This document shows, one piece after another, positions 19,980 through 29,595 of a DNA stretch of 64,000 nt. Location of the stretch: assembly GCA_965249555.1 (NCBI GenBank), contig OZ252243.1, positions 2,048,001-2,112,000 on the forward strand, read 5' to 3'. This DNA is from Nitrosopumilus sp. (GTDB lineage: Archaea; Thermoproteota; Nitrososphaeria; Nitrososphaerales; Nitrosopumilaceae). The first letter of the stretch is position 1, and every line of letters starts with the position of its first letter. The translations under genes and the position numbers were made by a program. The notes beneath the pieces are model-generated. The model worked only from the letters and a program-made list of their open reading frames with translations. It did not search any database and was not told where the DNA came from.

Positions 19980-21063
19980 TAGCGAAGAGTCAAAGTTCGT
20001 GAACTAAAAATCATCAAAACACTTTTTGATCACCACACACAATGAAACACATGGACAAGTTAGAACAGCTTGAAGCAGCATACAAAAAGGAAAACTCCAA
20101 AGATATAGTCAGGATGCTTGCAGTACTAATGGTTCTCAAAGAGGGTAAGGAATTAGAGTACGCACAAACACTACACCGCTGTACAAACTGGGTACGCAAA
20201 TGGGTTGATCGTTTTAAAGTAGATGGCCTATATGATCACCCAAGGAGTGGAAGACCATGTGTAATCCCAAAGAAGCAAATGGATTCTATTATGTTCAAAA
20301 TTATGTTGACACTATTTACACCTGTAATGCTGCAGCAGACAATATTTGATTCTACTGGAATAAAATTTCACATAACACATGTCAGAAAAATAATGCACCA
20401 GTATGGAATGTATGGAATGTCTGCTAAAACTGCACAAAAATATCACGTCAATCATGCAAGTGTAACAGCTGTGCGCAGCTGGGCAGCAACGCATGAAAAA
20501 GAGAATTCCACACCTAAAAAAGAGTGGATTCACCATTGCAATGCTTGATGAGGCATTCTTTGTTAGGGATGTAAAGGCAGGACGAAAATATTGGTCACCA
20601 GTTGCCAAAAGAATATTTCTCCCATATGTGGGAAACCATGAAAGTTTGGCAGTGTATGGAACAATTACAATCAATGGAGACCAACTGTTTAGAATTTATA
20701 AAAAATTCAACGGTATAACATTTGTAGAATATCTAAAAGAGCTACACTACAAATATGGTAAAATTGCGTTGATACTTGACAGGGCATCAGTGCAGCAATC
20801 AAAGAAGGTCAGGGACTTTTTGACAGATAATCCAGATGTTAAACTGATTTGGCTACCAAAAGGACCCACCATATCTAAACATGATAGAGCAGTGTTGGAA
20901 AATAGGCAAGCATGTGTTGTTGGTATCAGAATATTATGCAATGTTTGCAATAATGAATAATGCAGTGTCACAATACTTTGGAACAAAAAAATTCAAACTT
21001 GATGTTGTTAATTATATTTTTAGAAATCCTGCAAAGATGTTCACGAACTTTTGATCGTCGCTA
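19980..21063 (+). mobile_element. IS630-family element, copy 1 (frameshifted transposase)
   Basis: Imperfect TIRs TAGCGA..AAAGTTCGTGAAC; flanking TA; HTH ORF (DHPRSGRP) plus DDE ORF (LDEA, ILDRAS). Confidence 0.9.
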
Positions 21064-21258
21064 TACCATCACCCTCCTTTTTGATCAAATTGCCTGATCT
21101 AGCGGAATGCTCCCATTTGCCATCTATGTGGTATTTTGTTTTCCGCTCACTTTGAGTTAGTCTGTGTAACGCCCTTGTACATGGCAGTAATAATTCAACT
21201 CTCAGGCCCAACAGTAGGTATACATCACAAGATATGAAAAAGATTTCGTATAACGTCT
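21064..21258 (-). ncRNA. IS110 family B left end / bridge-RNA-like region; transposase cut off by IS630
   Basis: Near-identical to 44217-44410. Confidence 0.75.
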
Positions 21259-21350
21259 GTTAAGAGATTGATCATCAGAAACTGGGGGGCCTAAATACAT
21301 CAGGAATAATGAAATGGAATTGATTTTATACTACGTTTGATCAAAATATA

Positions 21351-21578
21351 ATGATGAAACCAAAAAGCAAACTCTCTTTTACAGTATGTAGTGAAGATGA
21401 AGGTGGATTTAGTGCACAATGTATTGAATTTCCAGGAATTATAACTCAAGCTGATACAGAGTCTAAACTCACAGAAATGATGACTGATGCAGTAAATGGC
21501 TATTTTGAATCCTTTCCAGAAGAACGAAAGAGATTACAAAACATAAAGAAAAATAAAGTGATAGAGATCAGTGTCTAA
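21351..21578 (+). CDS. hicB: HicB-family antitoxin (short form)
   Basis: EDEGGFSAQCIEFPGIITQADT. Confidence 0.88.
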   Translation: MMKPKSKLSFTVCSEDEGGFSAQCIEFPGIITQADTESKLTEMMTDAVNGYFESFPEERKRLQNIKKNKVIEISV

Positions 21579-21783
21579 AAAACTACCAATTCTATCATCT
21601 AGAGATATTCTGAGAATACTGCGCAGACACAAATTTTGGCAAACTGGACAGACTGGTAGCCATATTTTTATGACTGATGGAAAGCACAAGGTCACAATTC
21701 CACAAAGAAAGGAAATGAAGAAAGGGACTATGATATCCATAATTACACAGTCAGGATTAACACGAGAAGATTTTCTCAAATAA
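21571..21783 (+). CDS. hicA: HicA-family toxin
   Basis: QTGSHIFM, VTIP, KKGTMISIITQSGL; overlaps hicB. Confidence 0.9.
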   Translation: MSKKLPILSSRDILRILRRHKFWQTGQTGSHIFMTDGKHKVTIPQRKEMKKGTMISIITQSGLTREDFLK

Positions 21784-21963
21784 TGGATATCACATTTTAT
21801 GTCAAAAACTATCTTATGCCTTTTGAACACATCATCAACTGCTCAACACTATCGGAGACATTTCAAACCGATGTGATAATTGTCAAATACTGTGGTGATA
21901 TTCGGTTGATTTGCTAGAATGGGTTTTGAACAGAAGAGTTATACCATTATACTCAAAACTGAT

Positions 21964-21999
21964 GTATGTATTGATTTGTGCGTGAAGGTTGATACATAC
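21964..21999 (-). mobile_element. 36-bp miniature IS66 derivative
   Basis: Reverse strand GTATGTATCAACCTTCACGCACAAATCAATACATAC = first 29 nt of the IS66 at 24451 plus TACATAC. Confidence 0.7.
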
Positions 22000-22011
22000 T
22001 TCACATGGATA

Positions 22012-23095
22012 TAGCGACGATCAAAAGTTCGTGAACATCTTTGCAGGATTTCTAAAAATATAATTAACAACATCAAGTTTGAATTTTTTTGTTCCAAAGT
22101 ATTGTGACACTGCATTATTCATTATTGTAAACATTGCATAATATTCTGATACCAACAACACATGCTTGCCTATTTTCCAACACTGCTCTATCATGTTTAG
22201 ATATGGTGGGTCCTTTTGGTAGCCAAATCAGTTTAACATCTGGATTATCTGTCAAAAAGTCCTTGACCTTCTTTGATTTGTGCACTGATGCCCTGTCAAG
22301 TATCAACGCAATTTTACCATATTTGTAGTGTAGCTCTTTTAGATATTCTACAAATGTTATACCGTTGAATTTTTTATAAATTCTAAACAGTTGGCCCCCA
22401 TTGATTGTAATTGTTCCATACACTGCCAAACTTTCATGGTTTCCCACATATGGGAGAAATATTCTTTTGGCAACTGGTGACCAATATTTTCGTCCTGCCT
22501 TTACATCCCTAACAAAGAATGCCTCATCAAGCATTGCAATGGTGAATCCACTCTTTTTTAGGTGTGGAATTCTCTTTTTCATGCGTTGCTGCCCAGCTGC
22601 GCACAGCTGTTACACTTGCATGATTGACGTGATATTTTTGTGCAGTTTTAGCAGACATTCCATACATTCCATACTGGTGCATTATTTTTCTGACATGTGT
22701 TATGTGAAATTTTATTCCAGTAGAATCAAATATTGTCTGCTGCAGCATTACAGGTGTAAATAGTGTCAACATAATTTTGAACATAATAGAATCCATTTGC
22801 TTCTTTGGGATTACACATGGTCTTCCACTCCTTGGGTGATCATATAGGCCATCTACTTTAAAACGATCAACCCATTTGCGTACCCAGTTTGTACAGCGGT
22901 GTAGTGTTTGTGCGTACTCTAATTCCTTACCCTCTTTGAGAACCATTAGTACTGCAAGCATCCTGACTATATCTTTGGAGTTTTCCTTTTTGTATGCTGC
23001 TTCAAGCTGTTCTAACTTGTCCATGTGTTTCATTGTGTGTGGTGATCAAAAAGTGTTTTGATGATTTTTAGTTCACGAACTTTGACTCTTCGCTA
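22012..23095 (-). mobile_element. IS630-family element, copy 2 (inverted relative to copy 1)
   Basis: Same length and lesions as copy 1 with few substitutions; TA flanks. Confidence 0.9.
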
Positions 23096-23247
23096 TATCA
23101 ACCTTCGCGCACAAATCAATAGCTATATGTGAATACAAAAAGAAGGAATTCAGATAGCATAAAAAATGAACCCAGGTTCAGGACTCGTAATTCATCGTCC
23201 TCAAAGAAAAGTCCAAAGAGACAGATTAGGGGGAAAAAGACAAGGGC

Positions 23248-24231
23248 ATGTATGTTGGCATTGACTTGCACAAGAAATTTCTTCAAGTGGCAACAATGGA
23301 TAATGACGGAAAGATATTACAAAACATAAAAGTTGAGAACACTCATGAATCAATCAGGAAACATTTTACAGACATACAGATTCATGCCAATATTGTCATG
23401 GAATCATCATCAGTATAACACGTATGGATTTCTTACAGATGAATTGGGATACAAAAACGTGACACTCTCAAACCCGTATCTTACAAAGACAATAGCCGCA
23501 TCAAAAAAAACAGACAAGATTGATGCCAGGATACTGGCAGATCTTTTGCGTGGAGGATACATTGCAACATGCCATATTCCAAACAAAAAGATAGTAAAAC
23601 ATCGCCAGCTGGTAAGATACAGAAAAAAACTCATTCAGTGGAGAACATCTCTCAAAAATTCTGTCCATGGAATTTTGTTACAGGAGGGAATCAAGATACC
23701 CGGAGTCACATTCACTGTAACATACAACAAAAGACTCACCTCCCTAGGTGACTATCGCATAGATGGATTTGTACGACAGATAGACTATCTTAATCTGCAA
23801 ATTGCAGATATTAATTCAAGAGTGTATGCTGCTGTAAATGCCAGTCCTGATGCCATGATAATAAAATCAATACCCGGAATTGGTGACTACTCGTCACTAG
23901 TTATCGCATCAGAAATTGCAAATATTAGCAGATTCAATGACTCTCACAAGTTATGCGCATATGCAGGAGTCGTGCCATCAGTCAGAAACTCTGCAGATTA
24001 CACCATGGCAGCATAACCAAAAGAGGAAGCATGACACTACGATGGGTCCTTATCCAATGCGTCCATTCTCATGCAATACATGCCAAGAACAGTGACATTA
24101 CAAAATTTTACAATCGCATTAAAAAGAAGAGAGGCTCATCAAAAGATGCAGTTGCCGCATCATCCCAGATTCTGTGAGTGATTTACTGGATGCTAAAAGA
24201 GAGGAGAGAATTTGTACAGAATTACAGTTAG
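23248..24231 (+). pseudogene. IS110-family DEDD recombinase/transposase, disrupted
   Basis: MYVGIDLHKK, VMES, KTDKIDA, IPGIG, YAGVVPSVRNS, GSITKRG; stops and frameshifts. Confidence 0.9.
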
Positions 24232-24397
24232 GACTGCAAGTCGCGTTTGGTATGTTGAGGGACAAGCCTCGGTTGATAACTGCGAATAGGTCCTAACGAA
24301 GGGATGAAGATAGCATTGAGGAAGAAGCCTCGTATGGATACATGTCCGTCATCTTTTGTTTGAAAGCATTCCCTAGCGAAAGCTATGCCTTGGGATG
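24227..24397 (+). ncRNA. Bridge/seek-RNA-like structured RNA of family A
   Basis: Two stem-internal loop-GAGG/CCTC hairpin domains whose loop strands match the target and donor; TAGC-GAAA-GCTA hairpin. Confidence 0.8.
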
Positions 24398-24450
24398 TAA
24401 AAAAGTAGGAAATGTATAAAAACAATTCACATGGATACATACCTAAACAG

Positions 24451-25913
24451 GTATGTATCAACCTTCACGCACAAATCAACACTATTACACAAAAAGATCT
24501 AAGATCAACTAAATCATCATACAAAACATGTCAGGTTGTGGTCATGAGAAAATCATCATACAGCTACAAAAAAAGACAAAACAACAAGACGAAGTGATAA
24601 AACAACTACAAGCAGAGATAAAACAACAAAAACTAATCACAGGGAATCTCATAGAATCAAACAAGGAACTACAAAAAAGACTGTCATATTATGAGAATGC
24701 GCACTCTCCGCCATCAAAGAATTCCCTTGAATGGAGAAAGCAAAAAAGACAACACAGACAGCCAGGCAAATCAAGACGTGGTGGAATAGCAGGACACGTT
24801 GGCAAGACACAGAAATTCAGACCAACTAGCACCAAACACCACAGATCAGATGCATGTCCCAAATGCGGTAGTGAAAATATTCATCAAACCAAAACCTGCA
24901 AAAGGATAATGGTTGAGATTCCTCCACCAACACCCTACGGTATAACTGAGCATGTTTTGAATCAATACATCTGCATGGACTGTTCTGATAATTTTCAAAC
25001 CACGGGAAACCTTCCACTACATGGATGTTTTGATGGTTCAGTGATACGTGAGGTAGTCTCACTGTTCTCAAAGAGATTGACATACGATGCTATCAGAACC
25101 ACACTCTATGAAAGATATGGATTAGAAATCAGCAATACAACCGTACAATCCATTCTTCGCAACGGTAGTGTGATGTTAGAGTCATTTTACAATGACATCC
25201 ACAGCGAAATCGTGACTGAAAAGATTCTCGGAATCGATGAGACCGGATTTTCAATTGATGGAAATACTGGATGGATGTGGGTTGCAAGAAGCAAGACTAG
25301 TGCACAGTATGCCTTGGAGTACAGCAGAGGTGCCAATGTTCTAAAAAAGTACTGGAAGAAATTCAAAGGAACCCTAGTGTCTGACGGATATGCTCCGTAC
25401 AGGACAGTATTTTGTGATAACACAAAGCAGAGATGCACCGCACACCTGCAGCGCGATGCCAAATATCTGGCAATAAAATCAAAGGACAAAAAGGCCAGGA
25501 TTCTATATGAGAAACTCTCAGGGATGCTAGGTCATGCCAGGGTTTGGAGTGTAGGTAATCGTCATACAAAACGGCGGGAAACGTACAGGAATGATTTACT
25601 AAAACAGCTGGACCGTATCATTGCACGATATTTGAAAGGTGATACGGAGATGGTTCAGTTTGGCAAGAAGCTAAAGACTGCAAGGAACAGCATGTTTACG
25701 TTTGTCATGGATGGTGATGTCCCGTCAACTAACAATGATGCAGAGAATTCCATTCGAAAGTGCGTGATGCAGAGGAATGTTCGCGGGCAGATGAAGAGTG
25801 ATCAGGGCATGAGGATGATCTCAGTCTTTCTCACATGCTTTGAGACATGGAGAATAAGGGAATTGAACATGTTTTCTGAGATGGCAAAATACATCTAAGT
25901 GCTTAATACATAC
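24451..25913 (+). mobile_element. IS66-family element (single-ORF type)
   Basis: TIRs GTATGTATCAA / TTAATACATAC; 8-bp direct repeat CTAAACAG at 24443-24450 and 25914-25921. Confidence 0.92.
24528..25898 (+). CDS. tnpC: IS66 TnpC-like DDE transposase, apparently intact
   Basis: Coiled coil, HSPPS, CPKCG, IDETG, SDGY, QRCTAHLQR, TNNDAENSIR. Confidence 0.92.
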   Translation: MSGCGHEKIIIQLQKKTKQQDEVIKQLQAEIKQQKLITGNLIESNKELQKRLSYYENAHSPPSKNSLEWRKQKRQHRQPGKSRRGGIAGHVGKTQKFRPTSTKHHRSDACPKCGSENIHQTKTCKRIMVEIPPPTPYGITEHVLNQYICMDCSDNFQTTGNLPLHGCFDGSVIREVVSLFSKRLTYDAIRTTLYERYGLEISNTTVQSILRNGSVMLESFYNDIHSEIVTEKILGIDETGFSIDGNTGWMWVARSKTSAQYALEYSRGANVLKKYWKKFKGTLVSDGYAPYRTVFCDNTKQRCTAHLQRDAKYLAIKSKDKKARILYEKLSGMLGHARVWSVGNRHTKRRETYRNDLLKQLDRIIARYLKGDTEMVQFGKKLKTARNSMFTFVMDGDVPSTNNDAENSIRKCVMQRNVRGQMKSDQGMRMISVFLTCFETWRIRELNMFSEMAKYI

Positions 25914-25952
25914 CTAAACAGTTATTTATATAGAAATTTAGTAATTGAGTAT

Positions 25953-26222
25953 ATGATGTCAGCAATGCATCAAATGCAATACACTGGATTCACAACAACC
26001 ATGTTAGCTCTTGAACCAACTGCAACTGATACTGAAGTCTATTTTGTAGAATTAAAACAAGATGAAGATGGACGTTTTGTTGCTACTGTTCCAAAATTAC
26101 CTGGTGTTGTAACTGATGGTGCTACAGAAGATGAAGCATTAGATAATGTTAATGATGCAGTTCAAGCCATGTTAGAAGCTAAAGGATTAAAGCAACAGTT
26201 TATTCTTATCAGTGTTTCATAA
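25953..26222 (+). CDS. hicB: HicB-family antitoxin
   Basis: DEDGRFVATVPKLPGVVTDGATEDEALDN; start uncertain. Confidence 0.88.
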   Translation: MMSAMHQMQYTGFTTTMLALEPTATDTEVYFVELKQDEDGRFVATVPKLPGVVTDGATEDEALDNVNDAVQAMLEAKGLKQQFILISVS

Positions 26223-26229
26223 CGTCGTA

Positions 26230-26451
26230 TTGCCTAAGTTACCACGACCTTCTACTAGAGAATTAGCAGCTTTTCTAAATACTCAAGGTTACACTTTGGA
26301 TCATTCAAGAAAACATCATGTTTTTAAAAATAGTGCAGGAGCAATGGTAACTGTTCCTGAAAGACAAGAAATAGGAACTGGATTACTGATGGCAATATTG
26401 GCTGAAATTGGTTGTAGTAGAGATGATTTTATGAAATGGTGGCAAAAATAA
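26230..26451 (+). CDS. hicA: HicA-family toxin
   Basis: LPRPSTRE, KHHVF, VTVP, EIGTGLLMAIL. Confidence 0.85.
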   Translation: MPKLPRPSTRELAAFLNTQGYTLDHSRKHHVFKNSAGAMVTVPERQEIGTGLLMAILAEIGCSRDDFMKWWQK

Positions 26452-26497
26452 ACTCAAAAAGCATAGAACATATAATTCAGTGGGGTAAAACCTTGAT

Positions 26498-26953
26498 ATG
26501 ATTCCTGAAGAAGAAATTCGAAACAACCTTGTTGATATGGGATACATATTGGCAACACCAAGAGCACTTTTTCCAAGTTATTACAAATTGAATGATGGAA
26601 CTATTGCTAGAGCATTAATCAACATAAATTATCTGATCGCCGATCCACAAGCTCCACAGGGTTTTGCAGTAAACCAAACCAATTCCGTTACTGCATTTGT
26701 ACCAAAAGAAAAGCGACATCCTGAATTATTTCAACCATATAATACTGCAGAGTTATTGAAAGACCCTATAGATGAAGATGTGGAATTTGAAGTTTTACGA
26801 GAAAACTTTAGCGTTTATGATCTCAGTAATGATATGATTCTTAGTGTTAAGACAGTTGTAGGTCAAATCATAAAATCAAAATATCATACTAGAGACGGAG
26901 AACCAATCTATAGTATTAACACAAATCCAATCATCAAAGCAAAAAAGAAATAA
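26498..26953 (+). CDS. Hypothetical protein with an internal two-fold repeat
   Basis: YKLNDGTI and YDLSNDMI halves; co-oriented with hicBA. Confidence 0.7.
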   Translation: MIPEEEIRNNLVDMGYILATPRALFPSYYKLNDGTIARALININYLIADPQAPQGFAVNQTNSVTAFVPKEKRHPELFQPYNTAELLKDPIDEDVEFEVLRENFSVYDLSNDMILSVKTVVGQIIKSKYHTRDGEPIYSINTNPIIKAKKK

Positions 26954-27038
26954 AATAGAATTTTTTAGGCATGAGACATATTCAAAATCATTGTTAATTA
27001 AAAAAGAACGTCAATTTCTTACTGAAAAAACGTATGTA

Positions 27039-27544
27039 TCCATGTGAATTGTTTTTATACATTTCCCACTTTTTTACATCCAGAGGAATAGCTTTCGCTA
27101 GGGAATGCTTTCAAACAAAAGATGACGGACATGTATCCATACGAGGCTTCTTCCTCAATGCTATCTTCATCCCTTCGTTAGGACATATTCGCAGTTATCA
27201 ACCGAGGCTTGTCCCTCAACATACCAAACGCGACTTGCAGTCCTAACTGTAATTCTGTACAAATTCTCTCCTCTTTTTTAGCATCCAGTAAATCACTCAC
27301 AGAATCTGGGATGATGCGGCAACTGCATCTTTTGATGAGCCTCTCTTCTTTTTAATGCGATTGTAAAATTTTGTAATGTCACTGTTCTTGGCATGTATTG
27401 CATGAGAATGGACGCATTGGATAATGACCCATCGTAGTGTCATGCTTCCTCTTTTGGTTATGCTGCCATGGTGTAATCTGCAGAGTTTCTGACTGATGGC
27501 ACGACTCCTGCATATGCGCATAACTTGTGAGAGTCATTGAATCT
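27039..27544 (-). mobile_element. IS110 family A, 3' part including the ncRNA end
   Basis: Near-identical inverted copy of about 23930-24435; again abuts TACATAC. Confidence 0.88.
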
Positions 27545-27680
27545 CCCATACGAAATCGTCTCCAATTACTACGGACACTTTTTAGCGTGCTTTGCTGAAT
27601 CAGGACATCTCAGATATGCCTTGCATCTTATACTTTTGTTGTGTCAGTTCATGATTTTGTGTACGATACACTTTCAGAAT
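27543..27680 (-). mobile_element. IS110 family B right end, joined to family A transposase sequence
   Basis: Matches 50126-50262; sub-terminal GATTTCGTAT. Confidence 0.75.
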
Positions 27681-27713
27681 TGCAAAGAGAAGAGGAAGTG
27701 GAAATGTGTGTGC

Positions 27714-28113
27714 TCATCTTTTCCCAATCTTGCCCCGGATAAACCGGTACATCTTCTCTGCTGATTTTTTTGGTATTGCATCAATTGTACCGTTTGTGTT
27801 TCTTCCCCAGAAGATGTGATTCCTTTCACTCTTTGACATTTCCGTCATTCCCCTCACAAAGAAGACCAGCGATGATGAGAACAGTCCCTTCTCCAGTCTG
27901 ATGTTTGTGATGGTATTGTAATAGTACTCTTCAATGTTTTCCCCAAAGCCCAGCCGTATCAGGTTTCGGATAATTACCCTCTTTTCTGTAAGATATACGG
28001 TGTTTGGGTTGATTAGTGCCGCACCACCGGGCAGTACCCTTGACTGTCTTGCAGACATTATTAGTCTCGCCAGAATCCAGCCGGTCTCTGATCTTTTCTA
28101 CCTCTGAGCTCAT
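27714..28113 (-). pseudogene. PH-domain (bPH-like) protein, frameshifted
   Basis: VYLTEKRVII, YNTITNIRLEKGLFSSSL; split over two frames; visibly more GC-rich than the core genes. Confidence 0.65.
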
Positions 28114-28359
28114 GATGTACCCTGTATGTTTTGTATAAAAGGTATATCTTGCAGTTTAGGGCAGCACACCAGATATAAGATCCTGGATTATCTTGTATGC
28201 CCCAAGCAGCGCATCATGTAACATGTCATATGATATGGCAAATACTCCCGTATACCACAGGACTATCACTATACCAAGAAACACACAGAGCTTGAGAATC
28301 CCCCACATGTATACATACAATACAATCCGTTTTTAACTGGGTTGAATGGAATTTTTGGC

Positions 28360-28464
28360 ATGAACAAGCGTCTCGTAATGGTAGGTGTACTTTTAGGGAT
28401 TATAGTTACATTTGCAGTAATTATTGGCTCACCTGCATTAGGTGGATTTGATACTTTACGATAA
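28360..28464 (+). CDS. 34-aa single-TM protein
   Basis: MNKRLVMVGVLLGIIVTFAVIIGSP... read manually. Confidence 0.5.
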   Translation: MNKRLVMVGVLLGIIVTFAVIIGSPALGGFDTLR

Positions 28465-29595
28465 TCACCCAAATTTAGTATGTGCTTTTTCAAAAATTTC
28501 AAGCGTTTTTTCAATATCTACCTTTGATAACCACGCAGTAACAGAAATTCTCAATCTTGCTTGATTTTTTGGAACTGTAGGGTATCTAATTGGTTGTGCA
28601 AATACTCCATTATTAAACAAAAATTCTCCAAAGTCCATTGCTGACTTTTCATTTCCGATAATTATTGGTATGATATGTGTTGGAGAATTTGTCTCATATC
28701 CAATTTGTCTCAATCCTTTTGAGAGTTGTTTGACATTTTTTTCTAGCTTTTCCTTTTGTTTTTCTCTGTTTGATTCAAATCTTTTCAGGGAATGTTCAAT
28801 CAAAAATGAAGGAAGTGCAGATGTGTAAATAAATGATTTTGATTTGTTAATACATAAATCAATCACATTATTTTGTGATGCAACATATCCTCCAAATGAT
28901 CCTAGCCCTTTACTTAGACTACTAATATACAAATCAATTTTTTTTGCAACATTGAAATAATTTGGAGTTCCTTTCCCGTCTTCTCCAATAACAAAATCCC
29001 CGTGTGCATCATCTACAATAGTAATTGCATTTGTTTTTTCTGAGATCTCAGTTATTTGTTTTAATAATGAAAAATCTCCATCCATACTAAATATTCCTTC
29101 AGTGATTACAACTTTGTTTTTCCCATTCTGCTTTAGTTTCTTTTGTAAATCCTGCATATCATTATGTTTGTAAATTAAAACTTTAGCATCTGATAATTTA
29201 CATGATTCTATAATACTTGCATGGTTTAACTCATCACTTAGAATCAAATCGCCTTTTTTTACAATTGAAGAAATTGCCCCAAGATTTGCCATGTATCCTG
29301 TAGGGTAAACTAAACTGTTTTGTTTTGATTTATGTTTTGCAAGGATATCTTCTAATTTTTTGTATGATTCATCATTTCCAGAAACAAGTCTTGAACTTGA
29401 CTGAAGCTGTTTAAATTGAATCTTTGTTGTTGTAATTCCAAGATAATCATTTGAACATAAGTTGAGAAGTTTTTTACCATTAATTGTAATATGTGAATCT
29501 TTTACCTTACCGTATCGTAATTTTCTGTAGAGGTTGTTTTGCTTAATTTTACCTATCTCTGAATCAATAAAGTCTAGTTTATGCTTTGAGACCAA
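28465..29595 (-). CDS. bioF: 8-amino-7-oxononanoate synthase
   Basis: SNDYLG, SDELNHASII, FSMDGD, DDAH, SLSKGLG. Confidence 0.93.
   Translation of the reverse strand: MVSKHKLDFIDSEIGKIKQNNLYRKLRYGKVKDSHITINGKKLLNLCSNDYLGITTTKIQFKQLQSSSRLVSGNDESYKKLEDILAKHKSKQNSLVYPTGYMANLGAISSIVKKGDLILSDELNHASIIESCKLSDAKVLIYKHNDMQDLQKKLKQNGKNKVVITEGIFSMDGDFSLLKQITEISEKTNAITIVDDAHGDFVIGEDGKGTPNYFNVAKKIDLYISSLSKGLGSFGGYVASQNNVIDLCINKSKSFIYTSALPSFLIEHSLKRFESNREKQKEKLEKNVKQLSKGLRQIGYETNSPTHIIPIIIGNEKSAMDFGEFLFNNGVFAQPIRYPTVPKNQARLRISVTAWLSKVDIEKTLEIFEKAHTKFG

Larger units (their letters stand above)
23120..24435 (+). mobile_element. IS110/IS1111-type element (family A), full length
   Basis: Sub-terminal IR ATGTGAAT (23127-23134) / ATTCACAT (24425-24432); TA core at both junctions; long 3' non-coding end. 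Confidence 0.85.
19973..28318. mobile_element. 8.3-kb composite island with IS66-type GTATGTA ends
   Basis: GTATGTA at 19973 and TACATAC ending 28318; direct repeat AATACAAT at 19965-19972 and 28319-28326. Confidence 0.8.

Noticed and set aside
20042-20960. Split IS630 ORFs as a functional programmed frameshift
   Set aside because: A further frameshift separates the catalytic ...YLNMIEQCW segment in all three copies, so they look defective
23953-24461. Short ORFs MRICRSRA... and MYPCELF... (also at 27034-27521)
   Set aside because: Frameshifted transposase tail and the antisense of the ncRNA end
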